DNA of 64,000 nucleotides from Oceanispirochaeta sp. (GTDB lineage: Bacteria; Spirochaetota; Spirochaetia; DSM-2461). This document shows, in pieces, positions 11,288 to 21,221 of this stretch; within the stretch, counting starts at the first letter, position 1; each line of letters opens with the position of its first letter. The position numbers and the translations under genes are program-made. The stretch covers positions 256,001-320,000 of the forward strand of contig CAXXXD010000002.1 of the NCBI GenBank assembly GCA_963663385.2, given 5' to 3'. Under the pieces are notes generated by a model. That model worked only from the letters and a program-made list of their open reading frames with translations, was not told the origin of the DNA and ran no database searches.

Positions 11288-12403
11288 GTGTTGGAAATGA
11301 CTGAAAATGCCAAAGTTTTAATAGTCGACGATACTCCTCAAAATATTGACATCCTTGTAGAGTCTCTGGGTGACAAGTATTCCCTTATAGCCGCTTCAGG
11401 GGGGCAGGATGCCCTGGACGCCGTTAACGAAACCATGCCCGATATAATCCTCCTTGATATCATGATGCCTGAAATCAACGGACTTGATGTCTGCCGTATC
11501 CTTAAGCAGAGAGAGGATACCGAAGGAATCCCGATTATCTTTCTGACAGCGGCCGAAGAGATCGAGATGAAAACCCGGGGGTTCGAACTGGGGGCTGTCG
11601 ACTATGTCACAAAGCCTTTTGATATCCGGGAAGTTCAGGCCCGTGTGGAAACGCATTTGACGAACAAATTCGCCAGGGACTTTCTAAAAGATCAGAACAG
11701 GACTCTGGAAGGTCTGGTGAGGGCCAGAACAAGGCAGATTGAAAAAACAGAGGATGTTACCATTCGAATGGCCGCTTCTCTGGCGGAAACGCGGGATAAT
11801 GAGACGGGAACGCATATTCTTCGGACTCAGAAATATCTGGGTATTCTGGCCAGAGCTTTGGTTGCCCGGGGGCTCTTCTGTGATGAACTGACTGAAAAAA
11901 ATATAAATACTCTAATCAAATCCGCTCCTCTTCATGATATCGGTAAAATCGGTGTTCCCGACAGTATCCTGCTTAAGCCCGGGAAATTGACGGATGAGGA
12001 ATTTGCGGAGATGAAGAAGCATACCATATACGGTAATGAATCCCTTCATAAGGCGGATCAGAACATAGAAGGGGAATCTTTTCTCCGTTATGCCAGAGAA
12101 ATTGCATACACCCATCATGAAAAATGGGACGGAACGGGTTACCCCCGGAATCTGAAGGGGGAAGAGATTCCGCTGACGGGCAGAATTATGGCTATTGCGG
12201 ATGTTTATGATGCCCTTATCTGCAAAAGGGTATATAAATCGCCCATGCCGCACAGCAAGGCGGTAGAGATTATTAAAGAGGGGAAGGGACGCCATTTTGA
12301 TCCGTCACTGACGGACTGCTTTCTGGAGATCCACGAAGCCTTCCGGGATGTCGCCCTGTCTTATGCTGAGAATGAGGAGGAACGGAACATCCTTGGAATG
12401 TAG
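11288..12403 (+). CDS. REC + HD-GYP c-di-GMP phosphodiesterase (RpfG-like)
   Basis: N-terminal REC; LHDIGKIG, HHEKWDGTGYP and ADVYDAL motifs. Confidence 0.93.
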   Translation: MLEMTENAKVLIVDDTPQNIDILVESLGDKYSLIAASGGQDALDAVNETMPDIILLDIMMPEINGLDVCRILKQREDTEGIPIIFLTAAEEIEMKTRGFELGAVDYVTKPFDIREVQARVETHLTNKFARDFLKDQNRTLEGLVRARTRQIEKTEDVTIRMAASLAETRDNETGTHILRTQKYLGILARALVARGLFCDELTEKNINTLIKSAPLHDIGKIGVPDSILLKPGKLTDEEFAEMKKHTIYGNESLHKADQNIEGESFLRYAREIAYTHHEKWDGTGYPRNLKGEEIPLTGRIMAIADVYDALICKRVYKSPMPHSKAVEIIKEGKGRHFDPSLTDCFLEIHEAFRDVALSYAENEEERNILGM

Positions 12404-12515
12404 CTGTAATCCGCAGTTACAGCCGGGAACTGTTTTTATCCGGCTAAAGCAGAACTGTATGATGAAAGCTATCTTCATTGGCCGGTCGTTTATGCTACTA
12501 TGCTTGCAGGTCCGG

Positions 12516-12546
12516 AATCGGGGAGAAAATCTCCGATTGTTTTTTT
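12516..12546 (+). terminator. Rho-independent terminator after the HD-GYP gene
   Basis: AATCGGGAGA-AAA-TCTCCGATT hairpin followed by a T run. Confidence 0.7.
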
Positions 12547-12590
12547 ACTGGGTTTGTGGGGAAAGGGCAGTCGAGAATGGTATCATACGC

Positions 12591-12638
12591 TAAAAGGCAA
12601 GGAGAGAATCGGATGCGTCGAACGCAACCGACGCTCTC
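12591..12638 (-). terminator. Hairpin / probable terminator for the small acidic peptide gene
   Basis: Stacked stems GAGAG/CTCTC, TCGG/CCGA and TGCGT/ACGCA, followed on the minus strand by CTTGCCTTTT. Confidence 0.5.
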
Positions 12639-12654
12639 AGGTGCCGTCTACTCT

Positions 12655-12762
12655 CTAGCAGTTTTCATCGTAGTCATCATCCGGCTCGTAGTCGTAATCA
12701 TCCTCAGATCCGTACTTTTCATCATCTTCAAGCTCGTCATCATCATACGAATAATCACTCAT
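12655..12762 (-). CDS. 35-aa Asp/Glu/Tyr-rich small protein (MSDYSYDDDELEDDEKYGSEDDYDYEPDDDYDENC), absent from the ORF track
   Basis: AGGAGG RBS 6 nt before the ATG, TATAAT just upstream (12781-12786), downstream hairpin, strong codon periodicity. Confidence 0.7.
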   Translation of the reverse strand: MSDYSYDDDELEDDEKYGSEDDYDYEPDDDYDENC

Positions 12763-12933
12763 GATCATCCTCCTGTGCTGATTATAGTCAAGCTTTTTGA
12801 GAATGGGATAGCCTGTTTTATCGTTTCTGAGATTTTTAAGTCGATGGAGTCATTTCGTAAATTCCCTATGGATAAGTTTAAAAACTTGCCCTGCTGTTTT
12901 TGCAGGCTTAGAATTAGGCAATAAAGGCAGCTC

Positions 12934-13581
12934 ATGAATAGTGGTGTTTTCAGTAAAGATCTGATAGCTGTGGTAGTAGCGCATCCTGATGATGAGACTC
13001 TCTGGGCCGGAGGGTCAATCCTGAGAGGGGATTTCCGCAGCTGTACGGTTCTCAGTCTGTGCCGGGGAAGCGATCCCGACAGAGCTCCCCGTTTTTTCCA
13101 CGCCCTGAAGGAATTGGGTGCTACGGGACAGATGGCGGATCTTGATGACGGTCCTGATCAGTTTCCCCTTGATGAATGCCTTATCATTGAAGCAATTAAA
13201 GAAAATCTTCCTCCCTGCCACTATGACAGAATCTACACACATAGCCCTCAGGGCGAGTATTCCCGGCATCTCAGACATGAAGAGACCGGCCGGGCTGTAT
13301 TGAAAATGTGGCTGTCCGGAGAGATCCGGGCAAAGCAGATTTTCCTTTTTGCCTATGAAGACGGAGGGCGCTCCTATCTGCCCCGGGCGATTGATTGTGC
13401 TTCTGTAAGAGTCAAACTTCCTGAGCCGGTATGGTGGAAGAAATACCGGATTGTGACAGAAATCTACAATTTCAGCACAGACAGTTTTGAAGCACGAACG
13501 ACACCGGAAACAGAAGCTTTCTGGTCTATCGAAACCCGGAAAGAAGCCGGAAAGTGGCTGAATAAAGGATCGTTTAAATGA
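12934..13581 (+). CDS. PIG-L / LmbE family N-deacetylase
   Basis: VAHPDDETLWAGG and THSPQGEYSRHLRH metal-binding motifs. Confidence 0.85.
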   Translation: MNSGVFSKDLIAVVVAHPDDETLWAGGSILRGDFRSCTVLSLCRGSDPDRAPRFFHALKELGATGQMADLDDGPDQFPLDECLIIEAIKENLPPCHYDRIYTHSPQGEYSRHLRHEETGRAVLKMWLSGEIRAKQIFLFAYEDGGRSYLPRAIDCASVRVKLPEPVWWKKYRIVTEIYNFSTDSFEARTTPETEAFWSIETRKEAGKWLNKGSFK

Positions 13582-14753
13582 AAGTCCTGGTTTTGTATGA
13601 CTATCCGCCACCTCCCGGAGGATTGGCAACTCAGGGAGATATGCTTCTAAGAGGGCTCCGAGAAATCGGTGTTGACGCCCATGCCGCTCACTATGAGTCG
13701 GCTCAGGAAAAGGAGTGGTATTACAGGTGGTATAAACCCGATGTCGTTGTCGGTGTAGGATACTGGGGCTATGCTCCCCAGGTTATTATTCATCCCCAGA
13801 GTTTTGGACAGCAGGCTGTTCCCTGGCTGGTGGCCGATGGTTACATCGCGAATTATCAGGATGTACTTAATAAACTGCCCCTGATACTGGTGACTTCAGA
13901 ATGGGTCAAGAATATGTATATCCGTGATGGTATCAGCGGTGACAATATAGAAGTCCTTCCGGTGGGCTGCGATACCGACTCGTTTATACCATTCAGTTTC
14001 AATGATCCCAAAATATGTGCGGTGAGAGAGGCTTTTGACGTTAACCCCGGCCAATTGATGATTCTGACAATAGGGGGCGATGCCGCATCCAAGGGGGGAC
14101 GTGAAGTTATGCAGGCCCTTGCCTCATTGGGTGATGAAGTCCCTGACTGGAAATACGTCTGTAAAGTGTGGCCTCAGTACAGAACCTCCCTGCAGAATTC
14201 CTCTGATATGCAGCTGGCTGCCGAATTGGGAATTGAAAAAAAAGTTATTTTTCAGACAAGTAAAGTCTCCCGGAATTTTGTTCCTTATCTTATCGGCGCA
14301 TGCGATATCTATGCGGCGCCGTCCCGTCTGGAAGGTTTCGGAATGCCGCAGGTTGAAGCCTGCTCCTGTGAAAAACCGGTGATAAGCATAAAAGCCATGG
14401 GTCCCCTCGATACGATGATACACGGAGAAACTGCTCTTCTGGCCGGTGTTGCAGAGGAGATCACCCGGGATGAGATAACAGCAGGGGAAGAGTCCGGATA
14501 CTGTAAACCAAAGAGAATCCGGTTCAATCCGCCTCGAGTAGTCGACTACCGGGCAAGTGTTCCCGATATTGCCGATTATCTGAGGATGCTGATGAATGAC
14601 GGGAATCTCAGGATGAAATTGGGCAAAGAAGCGAGAAAGAGAGCTGTGGAGGTCTATAATTATCGAAGGGTCGCTGAGAAATTTCTGGAAATAATCAATC
14701 GGAAGCTGGGAGGGAATCAATATGGAAAAAAAAGAGTGGGAAGTAATCAATGA
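13578..14753 (+). CDS. Glycosyltransferase family 4
   Basis: PPPGG N-terminal loop, SKGG, APSRLEGFGMPQVEA (EX7E). Confidence 0.9.
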   Translation: MKVLVLYDYPPPPGGLATQGDMLLRGLREIGVDAHAAHYESAQEKEWYYRWYKPDVVVGVGYWGYAPQVIIHPQSFGQQAVPWLVADGYIANYQDVLNKLPLILVTSEWVKNMYIRDGISGDNIEVLPVGCDTDSFIPFSFNDPKICAVREAFDVNPGQLMILTIGGDAASKGGREVMQALASLGDEVPDWKYVCKVWPQYRTSLQNSSDMQLAAELGIEKKVIFQTSKVSRNFVPYLIGACDIYAAPSRLEGFGMPQVEACSCEKPVISIKAMGPLDTMIHGETALLAGVAEEITRDEITAGEESGYCKPKRIRFNPPRVVDYRASVPDIADYLRMLMNDGNLRMKLGKEARKRAVEVYNYRRVAEKFLEIINRKLGGNQYGKKRVGSNQ

Positions 14754-15888
14754 AGCCGAGAAAGCTGCCATTGAAGTCTTGAAACATAATGCTCACGGTC
14801 CCTTTCTCGGGCTGCCCCGGACAGCAGGGTGGGGGTATCCGGAACCCTATACAAGGGATCTGATGATCGCCCTTCCCGGTATGTTGCTCACGGGAGATGA
14901 AGATCTGGCGGAACAGATGAGGAGAGTGTTGTTCACTCTGGCGGAAAACCAGTCGGAAAACGGCCATATCACGTCTCTGGTTCATGATCCTGAAGATCGC
15001 GGGGCCAGCGATACAACGCCTCTTTTCTTAATTGGACTGGCTATATACAGAGATTATACGGGGGAAGCGGAATTCCTTGATTCTGCTGCAGAAAAAGCTC
15101 TGAATTGGATGAAGCATCAAAGCCCTACGGATAGGTACCTTGTAGCTCAACAGCCGACAACTGACTGGAGAGACGAACAGTGGGTCACCGGTTACGGTCT
15201 TTTTGTAAACACCCTGGTGTACAGCTATCTCAGATTTTTTGATCAGAAAGAGAAAGCAGAGGGACTGAGGAATGCAATCAGTCATTTTACCGTTACCGGC
15301 GGAACAAAGCACCATCATGTTCACGAAGGTCTGGTCGTAAAGGACAAGCCTTACTACGCCTTCTGGTCATTTAAGATTTACAGCAGTGAACGTTTTGATC
15401 TATTGGGCAACAGCCTCGCCATTTTATCGGGTCTGGCCCCTCATTCCAGAACAAGGGATATCATTTCCTGGATAAACAGGGAGTGTGAAAACCTGAAAGC
15501 AAAAGGACAGCTTGCTGTCGATTTGCCTCCGAATTTTTTTCCCTACATAACTCCTGAAGATCCTGACTGGCTCAATAGATATGCTGAATATAATCAACCG
15601 GGGGAATACCATAACGGCGGAATATGGCCCTTTATTTCCGGATTTTATATAGCGGCTCTTGTCGCTGCGGAAGAATACGAACTGGCGGAGCAGAAACTGT
15701 ATACTCTGACAGAACTGATGAAAAAGTCCCGGGATGACAAATTGAGCTACGGATTCAATGAATGGATTAAGGCTCAGACTGGTCAGGTGAAAGGGCAGGA
15801 TTGGCAGACCTGGTCTGCAGCCATGTATCTATATGCCGTTCATTGTGTACGAAGCAGAAAGACTCCTTTTTTTGATAAAATCCGTTAG
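14722..15888 (+). CDS. (alpha/alpha)6 glycoside hydrolase, GH100 / amylo-alpha-1,6-glucosidase-like
   Basis: YTRD, DTTPLF, DWRD, YHNGGIWPF, FNEW and QTWSAA motifs. Confidence 0.8.
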   Translation: MEKKEWEVINEAEKAAIEVLKHNAHGPFLGLPRTAGWGYPEPYTRDLMIALPGMLLTGDEDLAEQMRRVLFTLAENQSENGHITSLVHDPEDRGASDTTPLFLIGLAIYRDYTGEAEFLDSAAEKALNWMKHQSPTDRYLVAQQPTTDWRDEQWVTGYGLFVNTLVYSYLRFFDQKEKAEGLRNAISHFTVTGGTKHHHVHEGLVVKDKPYYAFWSFKIYSSERFDLLGNSLAILSGLAPHSRTRDIISWINRECENLKAKGQLAVDLPPNFFPYITPEDPDWLNRYAEYNQPGEYHNGGIWPFISGFYIAALVAAEEYELAEQKLYTLTELMKKSRDDKLSYGFNEWIKAQTGQVKGQDWQTWSAAMYLYAVHCVRSRKTPFFDKIR

Positions 15889-15937
15889 CAAGGCATTTTC
15901 CAGGCTGCAGACTAATGTTCCCGATCTGTTTCTCCGG

Positions 15938-16315
15938 TTAACCCAGAGATATAGATTTCAGACAGAACTCATGTATTTCCCCCAGGGTCCAGTCCCACTT
16001 CTCCGGCCTGAACCCGTCAATGAGGAAGGACTTCTTCTCCTCCATCTCCTGAATAAACCTTACTTTAAGCTTCCTGTCTGATAGAACTGTAACGGATACA
16101 CCATCTCTGGAAGTATAATTCATTAACGGATAGCCCGTAGCAATATGATCTATCCAGATGGTATATTTTTTCTTATCCCCCATGGTTTTAGAATCCAGAG
16201 AAAAGGAAATGGAGACATTGGGCTCCATACAGCTGGCTTCTTCCAGCGAAGTTTCACACTCCTGTAACAGATCTTCCAAATCATTGAAAATCCAGGAATC
16301 TCTATCCTCGGTCAT
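15938..16315 (-). CDS. Hypothetical protein
   Basis: 125-aa ORF with strong AAGGAGGT RBS; no recognised motif. Confidence 0.7.
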   Translation of the reverse strand: MTEDRDSWIFNDLEDLLQECETSLEEASCMEPNVSISFSLDSKTMGDKKKYTIWIDHIATGYPLMNYTSRDGVSVTVLSDRKLKVRFIQEMEEKKSFLIDGFRPEKWDWTLGEIHEFCLKSISLG

Positions 16316-16633
16316 AGAACCACCTCCTTAAAACTCTTCTGCAGTACTCCTGGAATGCCAGGACCGACCTGATTTCATAACCTCTGAATAAAAAAAAGAA
16401 AAAATGTTTTAATAGTGGTTCTTCGGAAGAAATTCCCGACTGGAGAGGAATGCTTGGCAAGGAGCAGGCAAGTCTGCCCCTGCTGGCTCAGCCAGTTCAG
16501 CGATTCTGACGGCTTATTGTCCATACTTTCAGTATAACCCGGAATTCAAAATCCTCATACAAAATCCTGTCTTTTCCTGCTGCCAGACAGCCTATTGTAA
16601 TTCCGGGAAATAATACCCGGATAAGGGACCTCT

Positions 16634-17884
16634 TTATTTATTATTAAACCTCTTTTTTATGACCCTGACTCCAGAGGCTGGATCAATGAAAATTCCATGA
16701 GATCTGTCAGCCTCCTCGTCAAAGCCGATTTCCAACCCCTGGATATTTACATTCTTATCGATGATGGTCCTTTTTATCCGGCAATCTTTGATAATACTGT
16801 GATTGAAACAGACCACCTGATCAAGATCCGAGTTCGAGATATATACCGATGGAGAAATGACAAGATCCTTCCCTGTCACATCGCTCAGAAATGAGCCTTC
16901 ACACACTATTGCGCTCTCTACCTTACCTTTACGGTTGGGATTTATTACCTTGGCCGGTCCCTGATGGCTGTTCATCGAATAGAAGGGCCACTCCCGGTTG
17001 TACAGGTTGAACGTGGGAGAGGTAGAGACCAGATCCATATTCGCTCTGAAGTATTCTCCAATGGTTCCCACATCTCTCCAGTAGCACCCGTCTCTGCTGG
17101 AGTCTTCTATCACTTCTTCCAGACTCCCGTCTTTTTCTAGAAGCACATTTTCGGGGATATGGTTATATTTACAGTAGTCATAGGCAAGGACTATATTATC
17201 CTGAAGTAATTCAGGTATCAGATTTCTTCCAAACAGATCCCCTTGATGCCTGAGAGCCTTGATAAGTACATCCCGTTTAAAGGCATAGATACCCATGGAA
17301 GCATAAAAATTATCCGTACCCTCTATTTTCCAGGGGGTGTCCTTATCCTTTTCGCGAAAGGATATTATCCGGGAGTCCGGCCCAACCTGGATGGAGCCGA
17401 AATCCGCTGCCTTTTCGATCGGCTGAGGGATAACGCTGATAACGACATCACCCTTTCTATCAGTCAGAAACTTAAGAAAATCATAATACTGCATCCTCAG
17501 GAGGTGATCACCGGGAACAACCAGAATATAATCCGGACTGAAATACTGAATATCATCTATAGCCTGACGCACTGCATCAGCATCTCCGGCATAACTGGTT
17601 CCCAGGATTTGAGGAGACAGGTAATTTACAAAACTGTCCGACTTTTCATCTGCAGGCCATGTGTCCTTAATATGCCTGTGTAACGATCGATCTCTTCCCT
17701 GAGCCAGAATGAGGATTTTCCGGAAACGGGAATGATAGGCATTGCTTAAGGGGATATCAATGAGACGAAATTTTCCCCCTATCGGAACAGCAGGTTTTAA
17801 CCGTTTTTCTGTCAGGGGTTTCAGTCTTTGCCCCTCTCCGCCAGCCAGGATAACAACAAGAGCATCCAGTTCTCTTCCTTTCAT
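16634..17884 (-). CDS. glgC: Glucose-1-phosphate adenylyltransferase
   Basis: LAGGEGQRLKPLT, KPAVPIGGKFRLID, ASMGIYAF, YWRDVGT, C-terminal beta-helix. Confidence 0.9.
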   Translation of the reverse strand: MKGRELDALVVILAGGEGQRLKPLTEKRLKPAVPIGGKFRLIDIPLSNAYHSRFRKILILAQGRDRSLHRHIKDTWPADEKSDSFVNYLSPQILGTSYAGDADAVRQAIDDIQYFSPDYILVVPGDHLLRMQYYDFLKFLTDRKGDVVISVIPQPIEKAADFGSIQVGPDSRIISFREKDKDTPWKIEGTDNFYASMGIYAFKRDVLIKALRHQGDLFGRNLIPELLQDNIVLAYDYCKYNHIPENVLLEKDGSLEEVIEDSSRDGCYWRDVGTIGEYFRANMDLVSTSPTFNLYNREWPFYSMNSHQGPAKVINPNRKGKVESAIVCEGSFLSDVTGKDLVISPSVYISNSDLDQVVCFNHSIIKDCRIKRTIIDKNVNIQGLEIGFDEEADRSHGIFIDPASGVRVIKKRFNNK

Positions 17885-18103
17885 AAAAAGGAAGTCTAGT
17901 GCTTATATAATCCACCGGCAAGGATTAATATTATTTTTTAAAAAAAACACTGCATTTTTATTCGAGGAGGATGAAATAGCAATCGGGCTTGTAATTCTGT
18001 GATATGGATTTTAAATTCCTGATAATTTTTTCAGTTTCTTTGAATCAGACCTGCTATCTCTCCTGTAGGAATAGTAAACGTGCTATTTTGAAAGGAGAAT
18101 TGA

Positions 18104-18514
18104 ATGAATCAGTTGAACAGTATTATCCTCGAGGGCAATCTGGTGCGGGATCCCGAAGCGAACCTGACCGCCAGGGGAACAAAGGTCTGTAAATTTGCCA
18201 TAGCCAGCAACCGCTATTACAAACAGGAAGGCGTCCGGAACAGCGAAGTTTCCTACTTTGATGTGGAGGTCTGGTCCAGGGTCGCCGAGTCCTGCGAAAA
18301 GCACCTGAACAAGGGACGGGGCGTCCGGGTGGTGGGCCGGCTGAAACAGGACCGCTGGACCGATGATCAGGGCGGCTCTCACTCCAAAATTAAAATTGTG
18401 GGGGAACATGTGGAGTTCAAACCCCAGTATAGCGGTTCGGCAGGTTCCACATCCAACGAGATGGGTGAGGAGGTGGAAACCGGTGAGGAGCTGGTTGAGA
18501 CGGTTGAGTTCTGA
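18104..18514 (+). CDS. ssb: Single-stranded DNA-binding protein
   Basis: LEGNLVRDPE, KGRGVRVVGRLKQDRW OB-fold motifs; acidic tail ending in F. Confidence 0.95.
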   Translation: MNQLNSIILEGNLVRDPEANLTARGTKVCKFAIASNRYYKQEGVRNSEVSYFDVEVWSRVAESCEKHLNKGRGVRVVGRLKQDRWTDDQGGSHSKIKIVGEHVEFKPQYSGSAGSTSNEMGEEVETGEELVETVEF

Positions 18515-18535
18515 TCGGGGCAGGTGAATCGTAAA

Positions 18536-18586
18536 ACATCCGGAAAACCGGAGCTGCAGAGTGAAATCGGCAGCTCCGGCAGGATG
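18536..18586. terminator. Hairpin between convergent genes (probable bidirectional terminator)
   Basis: CCGGAGCTGC...GCAGCTCCGG stem extended by CATCC/GGATG. Confidence 0.6.
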
Positions 18587-18603
18587 CGGTTTAACAAAAA
18601 ATC

Positions 18604-20466
18604 CTAAGATTCCCTTATCCTGTCCAGCAGGATAAGCTGATCCCGTACCGATTCCATATTCTGCTCCTTCAACCACACTTCCTCAAAGGTTGAATGCCGG
18701 AAAATACGGGCCAGCCCTGTCAGAATCTTCAGGTGGTCCTCCCTGCGTTTTTCCGATCCGATCAGAATGATCATGGATTTGATATCCGGATGGGACTCAT
18801 CAAAGTAGAGGCCTTCCCGGCAGCGGATAAGACAGAGCCATATCTCCCCGGTTCCGGGAATCAGGATATGGGGTACCGATATGAACGGACTGAGGGCTGT
18901 AGACATCATCTGTTCCCGTTCCTCCAGTTTGCGGCTGATTTCTTCCGAAGTCATCCCCGTAACCGGACCCAGGAGACTGCCGGCCATCTGGAAGACGCCG
19001 TGAAGGGTCTCTTTGTGGCTTATGTCCAGCATATAGGATTTCTTTAACAGTTCATCGGTTATGTCCTGACTAAGCTGTTCCCGGTCTCTTATAATCTCTC
19101 TGAGTTCCTCCTCCAATCCTTCGTTCTGGAGTTTACGGTTAACCATATTCTTGATCAGGTGGAGGGCGGCAAACTCATACCGGCTTCTTTTCCTGCCGTA
19201 GAGCAGGTAGATCAGCAGACCCGTACTGCCGAAGAGCAGCAGGATCTCCAGGCTGCTGACACCCAGTTCTATCAGAAAGTAGCCCATAAGGAGCAGTGCC
19301 ACTACGGGTACATAGGGGTACAGGGGAATCCGGAAGAGGGGAGCGTAGTTGCGGACGCTGCTCTCCCTGAGAATGATAATGGCAATGTTGGTGGCAATAT
19401 AAGTGATCAGGATTACTGTGGACGCCACCTTGACCAGGGCTTCCAGGGGGATGAGAACGGCAATGATGATTCCCAGGCCCGTCAGAATTATAGCAATATA
19501 GGGCGTTCCCTTGCGGTTTGTCCGGGATATAGCTTCCGGAAGCAGACCGTCTCGAGACAGAGCCAGAGGATAACGGCTGGCCGCCATGACCCCGGCGTTC
19601 CCTGTTGTGATAAATGCCAGAGCAGAGGCAAAGACAATAACAAGTTGTCCGGGCCGGCCTGCAATACGCAGGGCGCTTTCGGCAATTGGTGTCAGGGATC
19701 CTGCAAACTCTTCGGGAGGCAGGACTGCCGTGGTTATGCCTACCATGGCAACATATATAAGGGTAATCAGGGATACAGAGAGGATCATGGCCCGGGGGAT
19801 ATCCCTTCCCGGATTTTTCACCTCTTCCGCCATGGTCGTGACATTCAGCAAGCCGCCGAAACTGACAAAAACAAAGGCCGAGCTCTGAAACAGAAGCCGC
19901 AGGCTCTCCAGAGGGGGAGCCTGGGTTCCGAAGAGGCTTCTTCCGGATGTAAAATGGTCTCCCTCCCATTCCCGGAAGCCCAGAATCACATAGGCCAGCA
20001 TAATGGCCAGCAGGGCGAAGACCAGAATAACCTCAAGGGTAATGGCCTCTCCGGTGCCTACCAGGTTCAGGATGACAAACACAAGGGCCAGACCGATGGC
20101 CAGAAGATGAGGAGGTAAACCGAATAATATAAAACCCAGCTCAGCCAGGCCGAAAACAGCAAAAGCCGTTTTGAGTATCAGGGCCAGCCAGCTGAGCAGG
20201 CCCATCACCGTACCAACCCCCGGACCGAGGCTTCGGGTAATATAGAAATAGTCGCCCCCTGCCTTGGGCATGGCCGTTGAGAGTTCAATCAGTGAAAGGC
20301 TGGAAAGAAAGGCGACCGTTCCCGCCAGAAAGTAGCTGAGAATTACCAGCGGGCCGATCTGTCCGTAAGCCAGACCGGGTAGAATGAAGATCCCGCTTGA
20401 GATCATGGTTCCGCTGGCCAGGGCAAACAGCGCTGTGGATGATATGGTTTTTTTGTGATCCGTCAT
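18604..20466 (-). CDS. APC-family amino acid permease fused to a C-terminal PTS EIIA (Ntr/fructose-type) domain
   Basis: GTMISSGIFILPG, AEEVKNPGRDIPRA, about 12 TMs; C-terminal EREQMMSTALSPFISVPH and HLKILTGLAR. Confidence 0.85.
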   Translation of the reverse strand: MTDHKKTISSTALFALASGTMISSGIFILPGLAYGQIGPLVILSYFLAGTVAFLSSLSLIELSTAMPKAGGDYFYITRSLGPGVGTVMGLLSWLALILKTAFAVFGLAELGFILFGLPPHLLAIGLALVFVILNLVGTGEAITLEVILVFALLAIMLAYVILGFREWEGDHFTSGRSLFGTQAPPLESLRLLFQSSAFVFVSFGGLLNVTTMAEEVKNPGRDIPRAMILSVSLITLIYVAMVGITTAVLPPEEFAGSLTPIAESALRIAGRPGQLVIVFASALAFITTGNAGVMAASRYPLALSRDGLLPEAISRTNRKGTPYIAIILTGLGIIIAVLIPLEALVKVASTVILITYIATNIAIIILRESSVRNYAPLFRIPLYPYVPVVALLLMGYFLIELGVSSLEILLLFGSTGLLIYLLYGRKRSRYEFAALHLIKNMVNRKLQNEGLEEELREIIRDREQLSQDITDELLKKSYMLDISHKETLHGVFQMAGSLLGPVTGMTSEEISRKLEEREQMMSTALSPFISVPHILIPGTGEIWLCLIRCREGLYFDESHPDIKSMIILIGSEKRREDHLKILTGLARIFRHSTFEEVWLKEQNMESVRDQLILLDRIRES

Positions 20467-20574
20467 GGTTACCTCCCGGAATTCCTGAGGATATAAACTA
20501 TAATATATTCACCCTGTGAATACGAGTCCTGTACTGGATGGCTTCAAGAGTTATCCGGGCATCTTTAAAGATGC

Positions 20575-21215
20575 CCTATCTGAAGCTGTATCCTCTTCTG
20601 TTTTGAACAACCAGGACTGATCCCGGTCCGCCTCCGCCAATTTCATTTATCTGGTTGCTGTTCCAGAGCAAACGGGAGGGCTGACTGCCATTTGACAGAT
20701 CGATGTAGCGGTATTGGTTCTCTCCCTTGATTTTCAAACGGTACCTTCCCGGTTTCAGATGCAGGGGATATTCAAAAAAAAAATTTTGATGGTTCCAGTG
20801 ATCTCTGGAACTTCATATACGGCTTTTAGCCGGTTCTGCACTGCAGAAATAGACTGGTCTCGCTGTAAGGATACAGGGATTCATATGAAAGGATATTTCA
20901 ATGGCATTGATGGAGGAGGGGTCGAAATCGATCTCACATAGTTCACAGGATGCCCGTTTGTTCACATCCTCATCAAGTTTTTCAGCCAAAACGAAAGGGC
21001 GAATTCTGAAAAGAGAATTGTCCGGGTCTCTTCCATATTCCCACTCCCGGGGGACCTCTTTTCACTCCTGTCTGATTCCCTCGACAACGGATCGTCCGTA
21101 AAGGACGCTCTCCTTCTCTGTAAAGACCATGGCTGCAGTTTTCATACGCCTGCTGAATGAAGAGGTATCGCTCAACAGGGGACTGCTGCGGAACCATCTT
21201 CGGCGATAGATACGT
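20575..21215 (-). pseudogene. Degraded coding remnant of unknown function
   Basis: Protein-like segments (MKTAAMVFTEKESVLYGR..., EYPLHLKPGRYRLKIKGENQYRYIDL...) broken by stops and frameshifts; boundaries approximate. Confidence 0.35.
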
Positions 21216-21221
21216 TTTACT

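Noticed and set aside
12601..12642. GGAGAG...CTCTCAGG resembling a glycine riboswitch
   Set aside because: Lacks the CCGAAG core and multi-stem junction; folds as one hairpin and has no suitable downstream gene
12478..12924. 148-aa plus-strand ORF with an Ile/Val-rich pseudo-TM segment
   Set aside because: Antisense shadow of the Asp-rich GAT/GAC codons; it crosses a terminator and has no RBS
16375..16525. About 49-aa minus-strand ORF upstream of the 125-aa hypothetical gene
   Set aside because: No RBS, runs through a T-rich tract, no motif
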